A stretch of DNA of 64,000 nt. Source: Eledone cirrhosa. Taxonomy: Eukaryota. The translations under genes were made by a program, and so were the position numbers. Shown piece by piece: positions 43,361-57,163 of this stretch; the stretch's first letter is position 1, and every line of letters begins with the position of its first letter. Under the pieces are notes generated by a model. The model worked only from the letters and a program-made list of their open reading frames with translations, ran no database searches and was not told where the DNA came from. The DNA lies in NCBI GenBank assembly GCA_964016885.1, contig OZ024741.1:199144001-199208000 (forward strand). The letters run 5' to 3'.

Positions 43361-44149
43361 ATATATGATCCTACTTAGACACCCTTAGATTACTCAAGCA
43401 TCCCTTTCTATTCTCCTTAATCATTTATTTCCTGTTTTTTAACATTGACTGTTTACTATAAATATGGAGCTTATCATATGTATCTTACCAATAGAATACA
43501 TGATCCTACTTAGAGATCCTCATATTCCCTAACCATCCCACCTGTCACCCATTTTCTTGCTCCTTTGTTTTCTGTTCCTTTACTCTGTCTATATACCTTA
43601 AGTGTGAAGCTTAACATAAGTATAGAGATATGAATGAGCATACACATATATATGTACATGGGCATCTGTGTATATGTTTATGTCTGTATGTGCATGTGTG
43701 TCTGTTAGTATAAGGATATGTATGCACATGCATTTGTTTTGTATGTGTGTGTATATGGAAGTATAGATATATAAACACCCAGGTGAGTGCATATATGCCT
43801 ATGTGAGTATTTACATATGCATTCTGTATACTTAAAAGTTTATTTATATATACTCATATGAATATTCATACTCATAAATATACACGTAGAGGAATTTAAC
43901 AAGAAATATTTATTTGTGACCCTAGGCATGGGTAAATAAAGAGGGTGAAGTGTGATCAGAGAATCATATCTATTCTATAGATACAGATGTAAGATGTATT
44001 TTCCAACAACTCACAATTCAACCAAAACATTTGTAAGAGATTAAAAACAATTATTTGATGAGAGAGGATTGAGTTTCCATTGATACTTTAGTATATGTAC
44101 GCTTTGCTTTTCCTTCTATGTATATCTACTCTTCCACCAGTTGGCCACT

Positions 44150-44990
44150 CCAAACTCTTCTCACAGTGGAACCATAGTTTGGGAGCCACAACCCCATTTA
44201 CAGTGTGGAACTGGTTGGCACTACTATGAAGAAAGGCAAGCAAGTTGGCCATGCCATACCCTGCTCACAGTGGAACCAGTCTGGAATCGGGACCACATTC
44301 ACTGTGTGGAAGTGAATGACACCATTATGAGGAGGAACAGGCCAATTGGCTGTGTCAAACCTTTCACACAGTGGAACCATAGTTTGGGAGCCGCACTCAT
44401 ATTTATAATGTGGGACTGGATGACAGTTTGGGTACCACATGGCATTGCTATGAGGAGAGACAGGCCAGTTGACCATACCAAACACATCTCACGGTGGTAC
44501 CACAGTTTGGGAACCTGAACCACTTTTACAGCCCAGTATTGGATGGCACCGCTGTGAGGAGGCACAGGCTAGTTGGCCATGCCAAACCCTTTTCACGGTG
44601 GAATGACAGTCTTAGGAGCCTTGGGACTGGATGGCATTGCTATGAGGAGGGAAAGGCGAAATGGCTGCATCGAACCCTTCTTACAGTGGAACCACAGTTT
44701 GGAAGTCGCAACCATCTTTGCAGTGTGTAACTGGATGGCACTGCTATGAGGAGGGACAGACCAGTTGGCCATGTCAAACCCTTCTGACAGCAGAACCATA
44801 GTTTGAGAACCACAACCACATTTACATTGTGGCTCTGCTGTAAGAAAGGACAGGCCAGTTGGCTGCGACAAACCCTTCTTACTGCAGAACCACAGTTTGG
44901 GAGCCCGGTACTGGATGGCACCAGTATAAGGAGGTACAGGCCAGTTGGCCGCACCGAGCCCTTCTCACAGCAGAACCATAATTTATGAAG
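44150..44990. repeat. Diverged tandem repeat, ~8 units of 85-125 bp
   Basis: Anchor cacagtggaacca(t/c)agtttgg recurs at ~44161, 44266, 44367, 44490, 44594, 44682, 44787, 44881, 44966. Confidence 0.9.
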
Positions 44991-46142
44991 AAGTTTTGGC
45001 CAGCTGGCTGCGTCAAACCTTACTCATAAGTTACTGGGTGTGCCTACCGTGTTTGCTGTGTGGGGCTTGGTGGCACCCTTATGAGCCAAATCCAAGGTTG
45101 CGTTGTTGACAAGGGTCTTTTATCGTACATTGTAGTGCCAGAGAACTCTTAGACGACATCAATGGAATTAGTCATGACATGCCAAGCAAGCTGGCGATGG
45201 AAAATAAACCTTACAAAAACGAAAAAACAAACTGAAGGCATCATTCTGGAAGAACCTCTGAACTGACAGGCCATAGGCCTACCTGGCGTTGGATAAAAAC
45301 GATGAAGTCTTCACTTCCTACATGACTAGGTAGAGATACAGTCGGTGTTGGAGTAGTTGCTTTTAAAGAAAAGATATATTATAAAATATAGGGGCTATGC
45401 CATGATAAAGTATATAAGGGATAAATGTAACTGGAATTTTATGTCGCAGTTTAGTCTACTGGGAGTTTGCTCCAACTCTACAAAGAAGTGTATTCCATTT
45501 AATCTTGTTTGTGTTTCTATGAATTGAAGTGACATATGTCAGGTGTTGGGCATTCGGTGTATGTTTATTTCTATTTAGAACAGACAATAGTGAATATATA
45601 CAGTAATTTAAAAAAAAATGGAAAATAGAAAGAAACAATAAAAAGGGGAACAAGTTTGAAAGAAGTGTTGAAACTTGGGAGTGTTTATAATAAAAGAGGT
45701 GAAAATATTACATTATGTTCTATTTCATCTGAAATGGTTTTGGGCAAACTGCCACAGCTTCTTGGCCTCTCTACAAATAGAACAATTGTAAGAAACAAGA
45801 AACTGGAATGCAAACAAACCTTTTGATTAATTATTATCTAGTCATATGACTTCATCATCATCATCATCATCATCATCATTATCACTATCATCATTATCAT
45901 TATCATCATCATTATCATCACCATCATCGTTTTGTACCCCCCCCCCATTCTAGCATGGGTTGTATGGGTCTTTTCCAGCAGAGCATCTCACCATTTTGTC
46001 AAGTTCAACTTACTGAGATCAGCATTCACCATTTCTTCCCATGTCTTCTTTGGGTTTAAAATCAAAGACACTGTCTGACAGGATGTCATTATTTGAAACA
46101 TTTGTGGTCACCTATTTTATAAATAAACATTTTCCTCTTCAG

Positions 46143-46260
46143 GTATGTGCGATGTTTGAAGCCCAACTCAAAGAAAGTGCCTAATAATTACCAAGAATCT
46201 GAAGTATTGTCTCAGTTGAGATATTCTGGTATGTTGGATCTTATCAAGATTAAAAGAGAG
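46143..46260 (+). CDS. Internal exon, myosin motor domain (SH2/SH1 region)
   Basis: ttcctcttcag acceptor, gtaagc donor; (W)YVRCLKPNSKKVPNNYQESEVLSQLRYSGMLDLIKIKRE. Confidence 0.97.
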
Positions 46261-46899
46261 GTAAGCAAAATTACTTATTTCTATTTAAATCTATAATAAC
46301 ATTCATTAAAATGTTAGAATATTCCAGATTAGCCAAACCACACTGTAGAAACCATGCCTATAAAAAAATGGGGTTGAGGGGACCCTTCAGTTATGTCACA
46401 GCACGACAACCTCTCTAGTGTTGATGATCTACATGCTAAATGCACCCAGTACATGTTCTAAAGTGGTTGGTAATAGGGAAAGCATCCAGCCGTAGAAATC
46501 TTGCCAAAGAAAGTGTTGGGAGGACCCTTCAGTTTGTATAAAAAGACTTGACAATTTCTCTTGTGCACACAATAGAACGTAAGACCTTACATAAGCAAGA
46601 GGCAACCCCCACCCCTGGCCTGTCTGGGGCGTCAGTAGACATGCTTCAGTAGTGATTTGGTCTATATAAACCCACTAGAAATGCCACTGTTTGGAATCTT
46701 GGGCAGAGTGAGAGAGTAATTTGTGTGGCTGATAGAGAGAGAATAATTTGTGTCAGAGAGAAAGAGTGTGTAATTTGTTTGTCTAAGAGAGAGAGAGAAT
46801 GGTTGTTAAGAGAGCTCATGTAAGTCTTTTTTTGTTGGACATAGAAAATTACTTTTTTAAAAATAGATTGGTTTGAGTTTAGTGAATGATTTGAGTTGC

Positions 46900-47860
46900 T
46901 TGTGGTGCATCTATTGTTTTGTTGTGTTGATTGTGGTGCAGCTGTTGTTATGTTGAGTTAGTTGTGATGCAGCTGTTGTTATGTTGAGTTAGTTGTTGGG
47001 CAGTTGTTGTTATGTTGAGTTGGTTGTGGTGCAGCTGTTGTTATATTAAGTTGGTTGTGATGCAGTTACTGTTATGTTAAGTTGGTTGTGGTGCAGCTGT
47101 TATGTTAAGTTGGTTGTGGTGCAGCTGTTATGTTAAGTTGGTTGTGGTGCAGCTGTTGTTATGTTAAGTTGGTTGTGATGCAGTTACTGTTATGTTAAGT
47201 TGGTTGTGGTGCAGCTGTTATGTTAAGTTGGTTGTGGTGCAGCTGTTATGTTAAGTTGGTTGTGGTGCAGCTGTTGTTATGTTAAGTTGGTTGTGATGCA
47301 GCCGTTGTTATGTTAAGTTGGTTGTGGTGCAGCTGTTGTTATGTTAAGTTGGTTGTGGTGCAGCTGTTATGTTAAGTTGGTTGTGGTGCAGCTGTTATGT
47401 TAAGTTGGTTGTGGTGCAGCTGTTGTTATGTTAAGTTGGTTGTGATGCAGTTACTGTTATGTTAAGTTGGTTGTGGTGCAGCTGTTATGTTAAGTTGGTT
47501 GTGGTGCAGCTGTTATGTTAAGTTGGTTGTGGTGCAGCTGTTGTTATGTTAAGTTGGTTGTGGTGCAGCTGTTGTTATATTAAGTTGGTTGTGTTGCAGC
47601 TTTTGTTATGTTGAGTTGGTTGTGGTGCAGCTGTTGTTATGTTAAGTTGGTTGTGGTGCAGCTGTTGTTATGTTAAGTTGGTTATGATACAGCTGTTATG
47701 TTAGATTAGTTGTGGTACAGTTGTTGTTATGTTGAGTTGGTTGTGGTGCAGCTGTTGCTATGTTAGATTAGTTGTGGTGCTGTTGTTGTTATGTTGAGTT
47801 GGTTGTGGTGCAGCTGTTGTTATGTTAGATTAGTTGTGGTGCAGCTGTTGTTTTCTTGAG
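46900..47860. repeat. Minisatellite, 28/31-bp unit gtt(gtt)atgttaagttggttgtggtgcagct
   Basis: About 30 tandem units, homogeneous in the centre and degenerate at the edges. Confidence 0.95.
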
Positions 47861-49224
47861 TGCAATACTAAGAATATTGATGAGCAAATGTCTGCCAATA
47901 AAGACAAATATAGAGAATGGAAAAAAATGGAGAAATGTTAAAGGACCATGCAAACAATGTCTACAAAGTTATACTATTATGAAGTTGGTGGTGGTGGTCA
48001 TCAACATCACCTTGTGACAGTAATATTGATGGTGTCAATGATGTTGGTGATGGTGAAGATGGAAATAGTAGTGATAAGGTGATAATAGCGTTGGCAGAGC
48101 TGAAGATATAGGTAGTATTGATATTTGTAACATTTTATTAATAAGTTGCTGTTGGCAGAAATATATTTTCAAAGAGGAAAAATATTTAAATGCAAATGTA
48201 TATATGTTTGTGTGTGTGTGTGTGTGTGCATATTTGTTGTGGCCATGTTTTAAATTACCAATAGAGAAACAGCCAGTTTTCAACTGAGGACTTTTCTGTT
48301 ATGCCATAGAAACAACAACCTCTGAAGTGTTGGTGATCTAGACAATAAATGTACCCAGTACACTCTCTAGCGTGATAGAAAAGACATCCAGCCATAGAAA
48401 ACTTGCCAAATATAGGGTTGAAAAATGACAACTAATATAGGCACCCAGTACACTCTGTAAAGTGATTGATGATAGGAAGGGCATCCGGCTGTAGAGAACC
48501 TGCCAAAAAAAGGGTCAGGAGGACTCTTGAGTTATGTCAATGACATGGTAACCTCCATAGTGCTGGTGTCATAGTAAAATGCACTTGGTAGAGCATGGGA
48601 ATGTATGTTAGTGAGATGTATGTATATATGTATGTATTTGTGGGCGTATGTGTAAAGTGAAGTCATGAGGATTAGAGGTTAAGGTTTTTAGCTCATGATT
48701 ATAAGATCATGAGCTGTATTTCTGCTGGCATGTTGTATCATTGAGCAAAACACTTTATTTCACATTGCTCCAGTCCACTTAAATGTCCAAAATGAGTTGA
48801 GCCTGTAATTCTAAGGGTCAGCTGTATTACACTGTGTCATTTTGAATCTCCCTGAGAATTATGTGTACCTTGTGTCTGTTGAAGGCTTAATTAGTTACAT
48901 GTTAGTTTCACAAGCTGGTTGCCTAGTTACTCAAACCACCTGGAATGCCCATTGTCGGATTTGTGAGAGGTCCAACATTATGTATGTATGTGTTCATGTA
49001 TGCATGTTGTGTGTGTATGTGTGAATCTGCATGTTTTGACTTATGCATGTACACATACATACGTTTGTATGTGCACACCACTGGTGAAACCTTTGCCATG
49101 TTTTACATATTTTTACAGTTCCATTAATAGTTTGTAATTGTAATTTCCTTATTAGTGCTGGCCTGTCTGGTCTTGTTAAGCCAAGCTTCTCAAGATTTAT
49201 ATTACAACAGTTAATATGTATATA

Positions 49225-49279
<55 letters not shown>

Positions 49280-49457
49280 TTAATGAGGAATAATGGGTTG
49301 GTCTGACAACATCTGTTGAAGAAATGTGTGAATGGGATTGGAGAGGGATTTTGCTAAGATGTGTGAATGGCAGAGAAGAGACTGTTAGCTTTGAAAAAGA
49401 AATAAATGCCTTATTATATGAACATTGATAGAAACCCTGTTTGTTCTTTTTCCATAG

Positions 49458-49613
49458 GGATATCCTGTACATGTTTCTCTCGACAAATTCCTTGCTCAAT
49501 ACTCATGTCTTCTTGAAGAGAAAGATTCTTCACTGGATTATCGAGCCCATGTAATCAAAATCATGACAGGCTTGTCCTTACCAAAAACAGAATGGCAAGC
49601 TGGCAAAACAATG
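49458..49613 (+). CDS. Internal exon, myosin motor/converter region
   Basis: tttttccatag acceptor, gtaaat donor; GYPVHVSLDKFLAQYSCLLEEKDSSLDYRAHVIKIMTGLSLPKTEWQAGKTM (..GKTKVF-type motif). Confidence 0.95.
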
Positions 49614-50247
49614 GTAAATTAACTTTTCTTTTATTACCCTATCTTTATGAAAATTTCTAACTAAAAAACAAAAAAAACAAACATTTTTCATGTGAAATGC
49701 TACAAGTTTTTGTTTAACCACCAAGTTGGGATTGATCAAGCTGACAAATGATAACTGTGGTTATCTGGTCTTTCTTGTATATCTGTGACTACACTGCCTA
49801 ATGTGTCTGTTTTTTAAGATGGCAGGATGAGATTTGAGGGATGTTTGACTAATATTTCCAGCAGGCTGAATAGCCAGTTTAGAAGCTGCCCCAGTATATC
49901 TCCAGGCAATAATATGAAATAATTCCAGTGCAGAATTTGTGGTGCTTATTAGATTTTGATCAGACTAAGAAGAATGTGTAAAAATGGGTTTGAAATAAAT
50001 AAATTAAGACATACATTTCACCCCTTTGATACCAACCCACCCAAATCCACATTTGGTTCTATGCAAACAAACCACTCATTTTAAAGGGATCCTATATAAA
50101 TTATAATCTTTCAATACAGTTTGATACAACAATCTTTTGTTGTCTTACAAATAGCATCTTAATAATGTAATAATTTATAATTTTAGTGAATCCTTCCAGA
50201 TTTTTCATTAATTAATCCAGGTGTATTATATTTCATTAGAAATATAA

Positions 50248-50400
50248 TAATTGTTTCTACTTTTGGCACAAGGCCAGCAATTACCCAGTGCATTACTGGT
50301 ACTTTATTTTATCGGCCCCGTAAGGATGAAAGGCAAAGTTAACCTCGGCGGGATTTGAACACAGAATGGCAAGGGCATCAAAGCATGGCGTCCAACCTTC
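50248..50400 (-). mobile_element. SINE, same short subfamily as 27231-27333
   Basis: Near-identical body; same internal deletion relative to the 35034 copy. Confidence 0.8.
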
Positions 50401-52659
50401 TACTGACAAGGGTTAATGTTAAAAGTGGAATATTTACTGAGAATTTTACTTTTTGGAAATGTATTGTGTTTGAAATTTGCTGATTTTAAGGTTGCTTAGT
50501 GAACAACAGTTGCAGTTTAATCGGAGGCTAGTATTGATTGAACAAAGCTATGAATAAAGGTGTTCCAGCTATGACCATCCTGCCTTTGTATATTGATGAC
50601 TACATTATCCACTGTGTCTTTCCTTTTTTAAAGACAATAAGGTTTGATTTGAGGGAAATTTGGTTTATATCTCTAGCAATTGCAGTATTACAACAACCAT
50701 ATAGAGGCTCTGTCATTGGTTTGGCATCACAGAATTTATTGTGCTTTCTGAATTTTGATCAGATATAGAAGGATACATAACATTGCTTAAAAATCAAAGA
50801 GAGAAAAGAGTGGGGGAGACATATTAATGATGAATATAAAATATTTACTAAGAATTCAACTGTTTGAAATGAATTATGTTTGCAGTTAGTGATTTGTTGG
50901 CAATATTAAGCTATTTGATGGTTCATTGATAGTTTTATGGGTGGTAGACAAAATAATTTCACTATAATATTCTGTCTAATGCTCTTTAGACTTTCATAAA
51001 TCATTTGAAGATCTCAGCCTAAAATGGTATATTTTGTAATCCAATCACAATTTCTTTTATTTTATTATTTCACTAAAGGTAATTATTATCATTACCATTA
51101 TCTCCCCCCCCCCCCCATGTTTCACTCTATTTCTGTCTCAAACATTCACACTCATATATTCTCAGAATGCCGAAATGATTATGAGATAATAAAGCTGGAG
51201 TTCCAACATGGCTGCAGTCCAATGACTAGTTAGCTAATATATGAACCTCATCATAAAAAAACAAATATGATCGGTAGTAATGTTTAGGGGTTTTTATTAG
51301 GTTGATAACCAAGGCCCTAGTAGACCCAAGTCATCTGTTTCATGACAGCTGATAATTCTTAACTACTAGATCAACACCACTTGATGTCATGCCGCCCTTT
51401 CTTTTGTCATGCAGCAAAGTTTTGAAACTCAGATTTCAACATGCTTCAGATGTGGAGAGTTAGCTGGCAACAGACATCTGCACCGGCCAAGCTGAATGTC
51501 AACCCCAATATAGCCCTCCCTCCAGGTGCTAACCTCTCTCGGAGATAGTGGGTGTTCCTGAATTGGCTACACACAGGTGTCAGCCATTCAATGCAACCAC
51601 CAGCAGCTTGCCAGAGCAGACTGCAGAACACATACTGAGGGAGAAAAAAATGTCTCAGCCCACCTGAGAGTTTGGACCTCACACATCCTAAACCCAATAC
51701 TGTGAGCTAGTTGCAGCATATGGAGGATGTTATGTGATTGTGAAAGAAGAAGGGTTTTGATAATGGTAATGACAATGTTGGTGCTGACACTTTTGTTAAA
51801 TTTCTGTTACATACTAGATTGATTTCAAAGAAGACTCAGCAGCAAACAATGTTTCAATCTATTTGCCTGAGAGCTTCATCTAGCGAGCTCTTTAGCCAAC
51901 AGATATCTCAAATAAACATCCATAATGAATAATATAATAATTGCTATTTTAAGACTTATTATCTGACATGCTTCCTGAAGCAGGTTAAGAGGATCATCTG
52001 GAAATTGGTATAAAATAACTTCTCTCTGTTATTCATTTAAAAATATAAAACAAATTTAGAATATTTCAAACAAATGAGAAAAAAAAATGTAATTTCATTA
52101 TTTTTATTAATCAGGTAATGTGTTTTTGAGTTTTATCTTTTATTTTTATTTTGTTTTTTGGGAAGTTTGTTGTGGATGAGATGTGATTAATATGCATGTA
52201 AACTGAAGTTGAAATATAATTTTCTCTCATATTAAGTTCAATGCCTCAGTACAAATCAAATTGTTATCATGTCTTGAACAATATTTGATTTGGTTAATCT
52301 GGCAGCAAGTGAAAGTATATCAAAGCTGTTTTTTTGTTTAAAGAAAATTGTTTATATTAGATAAATAGGCAAATAAACTAAACCATGTGATTAAATAACA
52401 ACAAAAGAAGCTCTTCTATCAAACTGTAGCTTCTTTGAAAGCCAAATACTAGGATTTTTTAATTACAACATTTTTGAATTACAACTTAATGAATAGGAGG
52501 GGCTGTATTCATTTTAATTAATTTTCAGTATATTACTGGTACACATTTTGTTGGAACTAGAAATATCAAATGTAATGTGAACCATGTTCAGATTACAGGT
52601 TGAAACAGATGACAAGATACAACTCCTACTTTAATCAATACAACTACACTGTAACAAGT

Positions 52660-52694
<35 letters not shown>

Positions 52695-52829
52695 ATACAA
52701 CATATTCAAACTTGCTTTTTACGTGCTGGCATGGGCTGGACAAGACTTCTTAGTAGTATTCTATGGATGGATGCCCTCCCTGATGACAACTATAACTTAT
52801 TTTTAAGTAAGCTACTTTATTTCACTGAG

Positions 52830-53400
52830 AACAACTACCACAACTATTACAACACTTACAACAACTACAACTACTACCTCGATTACCATACTATCACCAC
52901 TGATATCACCATCAAAACTGCCTATGCTACTACAACCATCATCAATACCATTTTCACCACCAGTATCAGCAGCACTACCACCACTACAGCTATTACCACC
53001 ACCACCGTCTCTGCTATTACGACTTGGACCATTGCAACTGTCACTGCCACCACCGCCACCGATCCACCACCACTGCCACCACATCCACCACCACCACCGT
53101 CACCACATCCGCCACCGCCATCATCACAACAACTGTCATCACCACTGCCACTACTAGCATTACCACTGCCACTGCCAGCACACTGCCATCACTACTGCCA
53201 TTACCAGCACCACCACCACCTTTTCCACTACCACCATCACCACCACCACATCCGCCACTACCATCATCACAACAACTGTCATCACCACTGCCACTACTAG
53301 CACTACCACTACTACCACCACCACTATCACTACCAGTACACTACCACCACTACTGCCACTACCAGCAACCACCACATCCACTGTCACCACCACTGTCATA
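52830..53400. repeat. (CAC/TAC)-rich low-complexity tract with internal ~55-bp duplication
   Basis: ccatcatcacaacaactgtcatcaccactgccactactagca at ~53117 and ~53261. Confidence 0.9.
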
Positions 53401-54261
53401 AATAGCATCATCAGCAATAGTAATATTAGTGGCAGTTGTAGTAGCAGTAAGAGCAGCAGCAATAGTTCATCAAGATCAATTAATTAATTATTATTTATAT
53501 AATCAACTCTATGTGGATTCTTTCATTGTTTTTTCCACCACAGTTTCCAATTAAAGAGTATTTCGCTGCCATTGTTTACTGTTGCATTTTGGTGCATTTT
53601 TGATGTTTTTAATTAGAGCTGCCACTGACTAACTATATTACTATAGTGATGGTCGTCATCATCATCATCACAATGGTGATAGTAGTGGTGGTAGTCTTGA
53701 TCGTGATGGTGGTGGTGGTAAGGTTGTTGATGGGTTGAGAGGGGGGAAAAGATGGGTGAGATAAGGTTTTCACTCCATACACAGACATAGGGAATACATG
53801 TATACATTCAAACATGTAGATACTTACAAACACACAAACTCACCTTAGTACAGACACATTTATTGCTGGTCATTGCAGTCATGAATATATGTACACAGTA
53901 ATTTTAGTTGAATACTTATCAGACTCACATCTACACATACACATTGGGACACAGATATTTACCGCCATTTTTGGCAGACATACATAAATGTGGACACTAT
54001 GAAAGCATCACAGGACAGATTCACATACATGCAGTACACTATACCATTGTTACCACAATACTAACAGCAGATACATTATAGCAGATACATACAGGCATAT
54101 GCTTAAGCAAACATAAATACATACATACAAACATTTACTCCAATACATGAGTAAACACGTACACAAGCACACACATAAAAAAACCCACATTTGTATCAAC
54201 ACTTTTGATACCAACCCTCCTAAAATTGGGTCTTATTCTATGAAAGAAAACCACCCATGTT

Positions 54262-54462
54262 AACCCTTTAGCATTCATATTACTCTATATATACTATTGT
54301 ATTTTCATGGTAAAGGCTTTACTTCACATAATATCGAATCTATGAGATTTTGAAAGTATTTATTTTGAGAACAATACCTTAACATCAGTTTGAGCGACCA
54401 GTTACAGCCAATTTCAACAGAAGGAGGTAGAGAATTCTGGCCGGTTTGAACATTAAAGGGTT
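54262..54462. mobile_element. piggyBac-like MITE nested in the second MITE family
   Basis: ttaa-ccctttagcatt ... ttaaaggg-ttaa. Confidence 0.75.
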
Positions 54463-55234
54463 AAAGGGTTCCTATTCAAATCAAAATCCTCCAATTTAAT
54501 TTTATATAAGAACCATATATTAAGTTATCCCCATCATTGACAATAGCAAGCAACACCACTGATCGAACACATTTCATACAATACAAACTTTAGCCTGCTT
54601 CTTAGGACCAACTGACATGCGTTTGACTATATTGGTATGGAACACTTCTCCACTGTGGTCTTTGAAAGTCACATTCAAATATTTGCTACTCCCACTGAAG
54701 TTACTATCTTAATGAAATAATTAATAATTTAAGTAAATCCCTCAAAATCAATCATGAATTAATTGAAATAGTGTATTTCATTGGAAATCATCCCCATTAT
54801 CATCATCATCCTTTAATATCCATTTTCCACACTAACACATGTTAGATGAGCTGATAAGCACAACAGGGATAACAATCATACACTTTCTACAAATGGCTGT
54901 TTAATTCAGAGTTCAATCTTATTGTTCAGCACATTGGCCATGTGTCTTCTATAGACCAATACCTTGTCAGTGAAATTTGTTTAACACAAATTGTTCAGAA
55001 GCCAGTAGTTTTAAATTTTTATATGGTTTTTATGACTGGATGCTCTTCTTTATACCAACTACTTTACAGCATGCACTGGGAATATTTTATCTTGACTCCA
55101 GTGCTACTTCCATACAGGGTACACTGAGTACTTTTTGTTGTGGCACCAGTACTACCTCATTATGTCACTAGGGTGTCCATCGTGTCCTTGGCCAGGCTAG
55201 GGAGGTACACACACACACATGAGTATATGATGAT

Positions 55235-55592
55235 TATTATCATCATCATTTTTACATCCATTTTCCATGCTTGCATAGATTGGACAGGTTTGTTTCAGCT
55301 GAGCATCTCTTCACTCACCGCATTCCTTCATCATCTCCTCTGTGAGTTTCATAGATTTAAGATCAGCTCTCACCACCTCTGTCCAGGTCTTCCTCTAGTG
55401 TGGCTTCCTTCCTCTGGGACTTCCAGGAACTTCTGCATCCAGCACTAATCATCCATGTGCATCACATGTCTTGCACACCACTTCAGATTACTCTTAAACC
55501 CAGTTTCTCCCTCAGTTCATCCAAACTCTGCCTTTCTCTTACATTTACATTGCACATTCCACGAAGTATAGTTGCTTCACTTCTCTCCAGCA
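55235..55592 (-). mobile_element. Degenerate RTE 3' fragment
   Basis: Homologous to 37760-38140; (GAT)n tail. Confidence 0.75.
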
Positions 55593-55997
55593 TATTAAAT
55601 GAGGCTAATCAGCCCACTGACACAGGCAAAAAAGCTATATATTTTTGCCTGCCTCAAAGTCCAACAGTAAGCAGGGGGAAGCATTGTTCTGATGAGAACC
55701 ATTTAAGTTCAAAATGCATAGACAATTATTCCCTGCAGCTTCTGCTGGATTCTGCTAGACAGAGTTGGCCGTCAGCTGGGCTTTCAAAATGTTTATTTAT
55801 TAAACATACCATATATCTTTAGATATACAACATTCACAAACACACACAAACACACACACATCTCCCCAACGACTGGCATCTACAAGGGATGATTTGCATA
55901 ATGTTGAGTGATTTAATTAATTTGTTGCATCATCATTTACCAACTAGAACCACTGGTTCTACTCATTGGTAAACGGCCTAACATAAATGATAAATAT

Positions 55998-55999
<2 letters not shown>

Positions 56000-56053
<54 letters not shown>

Positions 56054-56331
56054 TGTCGTTTAACGTCCATATTCCACGCTTGCATGGGTTTGGACGGGAG
56101 TTTTCCCACTTGAGGCAAGAGTGGTTGTCTTGCTCGCATAGGACTGTCTGGCGGGTTTTCTACAGCTGGATGCCCTTCTTAACACCAACCACATTTACAG
56201 TGTGGAACTGGGAGGTTTTTACCGTGTTGCTTACACGGCCACATTACAGCGTGGACTGTGTGTTTTTTTTTTGTTGTGACACCTACACGACCTCATTTGT
56301 TTCGGCATGGATATTGTGGCACCAACATAAT
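56000..56331 (-). mobile_element. RTE 3'-UTR fragment with long (GAT)n tail
   Basis: Matches copy B 10483-10748; (ATC)n at 55998-56052. Confidence 0.92.
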
Positions 56332-56551
56332 CATATATATATATATATATATATATTAGGTATAGGATTATCCAAGATGTAGTAATGGTTAATTACTACA
56401 CTGGATATGGTTGACGTACGGTAAGAGGTTACTCTACGAGTTATGGAAGAATTGTTGAAGAAACTTAGTTCCTGATCCTTCAGTATTCCGGAGTGTATAT
56501 AAAGAATGAATAATAACAGGTTGACATCATAAAAAGGTAATTTATTCCGTG

Positions 56552-56663
56552 TGCTTACAAGTGTTTCCACGGTGGTACTGCAGCCTAGTTATGCTACGTG
56601 CAAATTCACAAGTACTTGCAGAACTCAAATAACCAATGCTGTGACCACTGTTTCCTCAGAGCA
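56552..56663 (-). ncRNA. Type I hammerhead ribozyme in the PLE 3' region, sense to the ORF
   Basis: Stem I UGCU/AGCA, core CUGAGGA (56659-56653), long stem II (acagtggt/accaccgt), GAAA (56567-56564), minimal stem III AC-actt-GU, cleavage triplet GUA (cut between 56556 and 56555). Confidence 0.8.
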
Positions 56664-57163
56664 GAATGGTAAAATGTACAATGTAAATACCCTTAAGTGG
56701 GGTTGTTGGGGAAGATAGAGTAGAAAAGGAAGAGAGAAAAGTAGGGAAGAGGGAGAGAGAAAGAAAGATATGCAGGGGTTGGAGAAGTAGGAGAGAGTGG
56801 CTTGTAGATATCTTAATCAAAATGTTATGGTAGGGGTTTTATTATACTGGTTACTTTTGGAGAGATGCGTTGATAGTTAAGGTCGGACTTATTTATTGCC
56901 CCAGAGGGCAGGTTCATAGATGTTGAGAGGGAGGTAGGCCAAAGGTGAGAGAGAGAGAGTGTAATGGATGTAGAGAGAGATAGGTAGAGAGGGGACAGAC
57001 AAAGTTTGTGTGGTGAGTGAACTTTGGGTTTGTAGTAGTAATCTAGGAATTGCACTGAGTTACCATGTCTAGTGATAAGCAGTGTATTGTCTTGGAGTGT
57101 GGGGGGGGGGGGGAAGAGAAGGTTGTTAGCTAGAAAGCGGTGTTATAGTTACGGGTTCGAATG

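Noticed and set aside
44150-47860. Repeat arrays as CRISPR
   Set aside because: Eukaryotic context, no unique spacers, no cas genes
53517-53612. Candidate next myosin exon after ttttttccaccacag
   Set aside because: Translation (FPIKEYFAAIVYCC) lacks the expected VFLR/IQ-motif sequence and hits a stop
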